A stretch of 63,486 nt of DNA, counting the filler. It is 13 parts of 13 records of this genome, joined end to end, with 100 filler letters (N's around TTAATTAATTAA, not from the genome) between each part and the next. Parts side by side here need not be neighbours in the genome. Positions count along the whole stretch, not along the records: positions 58,459 to 60,920 come from SRR9670534_1389; positions 61,021 to 63,486 come from SRR9670534_1419; 11 more parts are not named here. One strand, given 5' to 3'. Positions 59,363 through 63,486 of this stretch are shown here, piece after piece. Positions within the stretch are counted from its first letter, which is position 1; each line of letters begins with the position of its first letter. The position numbers and the translations under genes were made by a program. The notes under the pieces were generated by a model. It was not told the origin of the DNA. It worked only from the letters and a program-made list of their open reading frames with translations, and did not search any database.

Positions 59363-60632
59363 TGATCAATTGGTCACCATATGTTATGGTCTGCTGGACT
59401 GAAATAGGAATTCGTAAAAAACACATTGACATGAGCATACGAGTGACAATCACTTACAGAGAGATACATGACGTACCATACATCTGATACAAAAACCTGG
59501 CAGGTAAAAATATTTACCTATTACCTATAGATAATAACTTGGCAAATTGCAAGTGCCATTATTAAAATTGCGTTAAAAGTAGGTAGGTAAGCGATAGGTA
59601 CATATTACATAAGTAGTACTTATTAAGTATATGCTTATGCGACTGTACATGCACGATTCGTTGGTACGAAGCATTGGTACAATACCGCATTGTCAATACA
59701 AAGCATTGGTACAATACGAAGAGTACAGCACAAAACATTGGTACAATACATATATGGTTTATTAGGTATATACCTAGGTACACAACTTTTCTGAAAGGAT
59801 TATCATGCAGGATCGTAAATGGTAACACAAGTTGTGTTACACAACATCCCGCTTTAAGATCTATTCGAAATTTGAATTTCGAATAGTAGATCTACTCGAG
59901 GCTCATGGAGAGCAAGTAAATACCTATGGATACATCTTTTTTGCCTAGGTGCTTGCTTACAGCGCATTATTACTACCTACATATTATTATTGCGAGATCG
60001 CGGCGACTGTAGTATGTACTACTAGTAGTAGTCTACTACATAACTGAACAGTGATGATTCAACGTTCAAAACGCTGTAGCGGCTATCGTGATAGTGCCAC
60101 GTAAGTACATACCTACTAGGTACGGTAGGTAGCTACGATGCTAGGTAGGTAGCCACGATGCTGGGCTAGCATGTATCATACATGATGTATGTGCCCATGT
60201 ACTAAGCTGCGTAATTTCCAATTACGCCACCTAATCTACGCACCAAAAGGTTCGTACAAAACTAATTACAAACAATTAATTATACTAGGTATGTATATTC
60301 AGGTACTGTACCTATAACATTGTAGGTATGTATGTACGGTATCAATGTTTCGTATGTATGAAACTTTCGTACAGTACGAATCGTACTTGTACATGCCGTC
60401 TACCTACTCCTGAGTCCAGGACCTGGACCACTAGTCCATGCGGCATACATAACTACTTATCATACATAGGTATGGGTACCTACTACAGTAGGTACTACCT
60501 AGGTAACTGTACTATGTATTATAAATTGCACATAACGTGATTTCAAACAACTGGTTTCAAACCAGTGGTTTATTATGCATAGTAGGTTAGGTACCTACAA
60601 GGTGGGTCCTACGGTAATGTCACATTACTACA

Positions 60633-60697
60633 TAATGTGCCTACTTTGAATATGTGCAGTAGGACTCCTACTGCACATATTTGAAGTAGGCACATTA
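60633..60697. repeat. 32-bp-arm near-perfect palindrome
   Basis: TAATGTGCCTACTTTGAATATGTGCAGTAGGA-C-TCCTACTGCACATATTTGAAGTAGGCACATTA; 30 of 32 pairs are Watson-Crick. Confidence 0.92.
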
Positions 60698-61252
60698 CCG
60701 TAATGTCATTACGAACCGTAATTTACGCTCCATAGTGCGGGCAATGTATAATAATCATATAGTATCTCAATGTTATAATGTTTATAAAAAGTTTTATTTA
60801 CTTTTGAATTATGCATTATCATAATACTACTCAATTTCTTCAATTTATAAGTATGCATTCATATCATTAAGCTATTGTCTCTGAAAATGTAAGATGTACC
60901 ACATTTCCACGCATATAGGCNNNNNNNNNNNNNNNNNNNNNNNNNNNNNNNNNNNNNNNNNNNNTTAATTAATTAANNNNNNNNNNNNNNNNNNNNNNNN
61001 NNNNNNNNNNNNNNNNNNNNTGTCAATCTTCTGCTTTATTATTAATAATAGTTATAGTAATAGGGCATGTAATAAATAATACGATGGTTATATACTATGT
61101 ACCTACATCATGTAGGCTACATGTACCATAGATACTTTCTCCTTTGTCTATGACATGTACCTAGGTATGTAATGAATAATACATACACCCGTATGTATTT
61201 ACTACGTACATACATTGTACCGTAAAATTTGTACGTGCAAATAATTTCTTAG

Positions 61253-63328
61253 GAGAAGACCTTTTTCCGTTTTCCTTAATCCATTGCCTCAACTTCGAAC
61301 TATTATCATGGTAGATCAGACGGAAGGACCTCGAGTATCTAATAATGTTAGCAATTTTCAAGATTTGCATGGTGTACCTGATGTTGTCTTCCCAGAAATT
61401 AAACAAACTGATAATATGACGTAAGCCCTTATCAACACTACCTACGTAGTACGTACTGTAACGTACTGTTACAATACATGATGTACCTGAACAACACATG
61501 AGGTACATGCATAACACTTTATGCATGATGTATGTACTACCCTGTGTACATACGTGTTACGTATAGTACTGACACGTAGCACTGACACGTATTACGAATC
61601 GTAATTTACGATAATATACCTACATGATGATGTAGTAATATTATATACAACATTATTAATAATCTGCATCATGACCATAATAATATCATTAAATGATAGT
61701 TTGGAGTTCTATCCTCGAAGAGAATACTATGGGAAAGTTTTAATTTTTAACCATGATAACTTTGACGAGATGGAGATCTCAATGAGTAAAGGAAGTCGCA
61801 TTTTTCAACTTAGTCCTCGAGCAGGTTCATTAGCTGATTCTCTTAGACTGCAGAAATTTTTTACTAATGTTGGCTTTTCTGTTATTCAATCATACAACAA
61901 CTTAAAAGCACAAGAATATCATAGTGTTTTACAGAAAGGTATGTACCTGTACTTTGTAATTGACCACCTTCTTTTTGAGTATAATAATTATAGTAGTATG
62001 TACTACTTTATTTCATCATTGCTACAAACCTAGTATATCCGCGGTTTTGTAGAAATGATCAATGATACAAACAACAGAAAATATTCGTGTGTTGTAATTT
62101 GCATTCTAAGCTATGGTGATCGTGAAGTATTTTTTGCCAAAGATTGCTTGATAAATTTGTATGATCTTGTTGACCAATACTTTTCCTCCTCTAGTTGTCA
62201 TCAGCTGGTTGGAATACCAAAGATCTTCTTCATTCAGGCAAGCATGATAATTTACGGAATTTCTGTTATATCATATTACTTATTATAAGTAGATATTATT
62301 CATTATAGAATACAATACATTATAGAATATAATACATTTTAATTGAATTTACTGTAAAATGACAAATGAAGCTTGAGCTAACTATGTACTTATAGTTTTT
62401 ATACAGTACCTATTATTAATAATTATTAATAATATTTTATTATTATACAGTTACTGAGTACTATCTATTCAAGATTATTTTAGTATTTATACAAACTTTG
62501 TAGGTAATTTGAAATGTAGTTTGATTTTAGGCTTGTCGATTTGATGCAGCACATTTTGAAAATGAGGATGAATTTGTAAATCTCTTAAATGATTACAAGG
62601 AAGCAGATGAAAATAAAACATTTGGACGTCAGGGCAGATTTAATAATTCGCAAATTCCCTATGATTCCAGAATTGTAAAATATCCAGACTGTGTTGATCT
62701 TATTTTCCTTTATTCAACCATTCCAGGTGTATCCTTCATTCGAGAATCTAAAATACATTAATAATATGTATTATTGATATGATCGTTATCGATAATATTA
62801 TCATAATAATATCGATAATGTATCGTTAATAATATGTATTATCGATATAATTGTTATTTGGTTCATTAGGTAGTTACAATAATAACAGTTGTTTAGCGAT
62901 TTGGAACTGGACTCCTAGTGAAGTTGAACCCTGTGCTTTTGTTAATTTAATTTGTCGTACGTTGGATAATTCCGGTACTACAAGTGACATTTTCGAAGAC
63001 TTCACAAAAATTACCACAAAAATGTGTAAGCATTATGGCAAAAGAACATGCCAGTTTGCATCAAGTTTGACGAAGAAATTTAGTTTGCCGAAAAGAAAAT
63101 TAAAACGTTCACTTGAAGTTGAAGGAGTTGGCAAATATGACAATGAACAGTCTGGCTTGGTCCTAGTCTTCGTCCATTCAAAATTTAGTCATGAGCTTGG
63201 ATTGAAACCTAGAGAATGCGCTGAAAATGATTCAAGCTCTCTTTTTGAGGTTCTTTCTTCTTTTGACTTGGATATTTACATTCACGAAAATGAAACTGCT
63301 GAGCGTATTTACAAAATTATCCACAATG
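61253..63328 (+). CDS. Caspase-like protein with two tandem caspase (C14A) domains, first domain probably inactive; partial
   Basis: Exons ~61253-61420, 61700-61938, 62053-62237, 62531-62726 and ~62869-63328. Motifs: GKVLIFNHDNF, RAGSLADS..L..FF..GF, ICILSYG, LVGIPKIFFIQ|ACRF, DLIFLYSTIPG, SSLTKKF, then a second N-terminal block GLVLVFVHSKF...R...END...L..VLSSFDL. Confidence 0.82.
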
Positions 63329-63486
63329 GTACTTTTCTTTTAATGTATTGATAAACTTAATTATAATTATAATACATAACTATAGTTAATACTATTCATA
63401 CTATTTATAATCGCCTTTAATAGCCACATTTCTCCATTTATACTATAACTTGTTTAGTACAGTGTACAATGCACATGTACAGTGTA

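Noticed and set aside
62727..62740. GTATCCTT as a U12-type donor in the caspase gene
   Set aside because: No frame-compatible acceptor or TCCTTAAC branch site. The U2 donor two bases upstream keeps the frame.
58459..63328. Immune/cell-death cluster (TRIM-like next to caspase-like, with HOIP elsewhere in the window)
   Set aside because: These genes are on different contigs separated by spacers, so linkage is not evidence.

Overview
This is AT-rich eukaryotic (animal) genomic DNA, not a prokaryotic locus. The window is a concatenation of 13 short contigs joined by 12 identical artificial 100-bp spacers (N44-TTAATTAATTAA-N44), so adjacency across spacers is meaningless. Genes are compact, with mostly 45-100 nt GT-AG introns. 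Recognisable genes in order: NOSIP (5'-partial), an orphan helical protein, an ARSA-type arylsulfatase, a CCDC141-like spectrin-repeat protein (3'-partial), HOIP/RNF31, an SFMBT1/2-type MBT+SLED protein, a degenerate mitochondrial SerRS paralog (SLIMP-like), a Q50 paired-like homeobox gene (Drgx/Arx-like), CAPS/UNC-31, WDR7 (last exon), NDUFB5, RARS2, USP7, DHX33, ARHGAP21/23, a B-box/coiled-coil protein and a tandem-domain caspase-like gene. The most interesting observations are: (i) the SLIMP-like gene ends only 44 bp upstream of a same-strand SFMBT ORF that has an unpartnered splice acceptor, suggesting an operon with trans-splicing or a nested gene; (ii) a caspase-like gene with catalytic His->Tyr, a GC-AG intron and a second caspase domain; (iii) candidate 24-34 nt introns; (iv) two strongly structured non-coding elements, one inside a HOIP intron. 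Family assignments come from recalled motifs, not database searches, and the taxon cannot be determined from the sequence alone.
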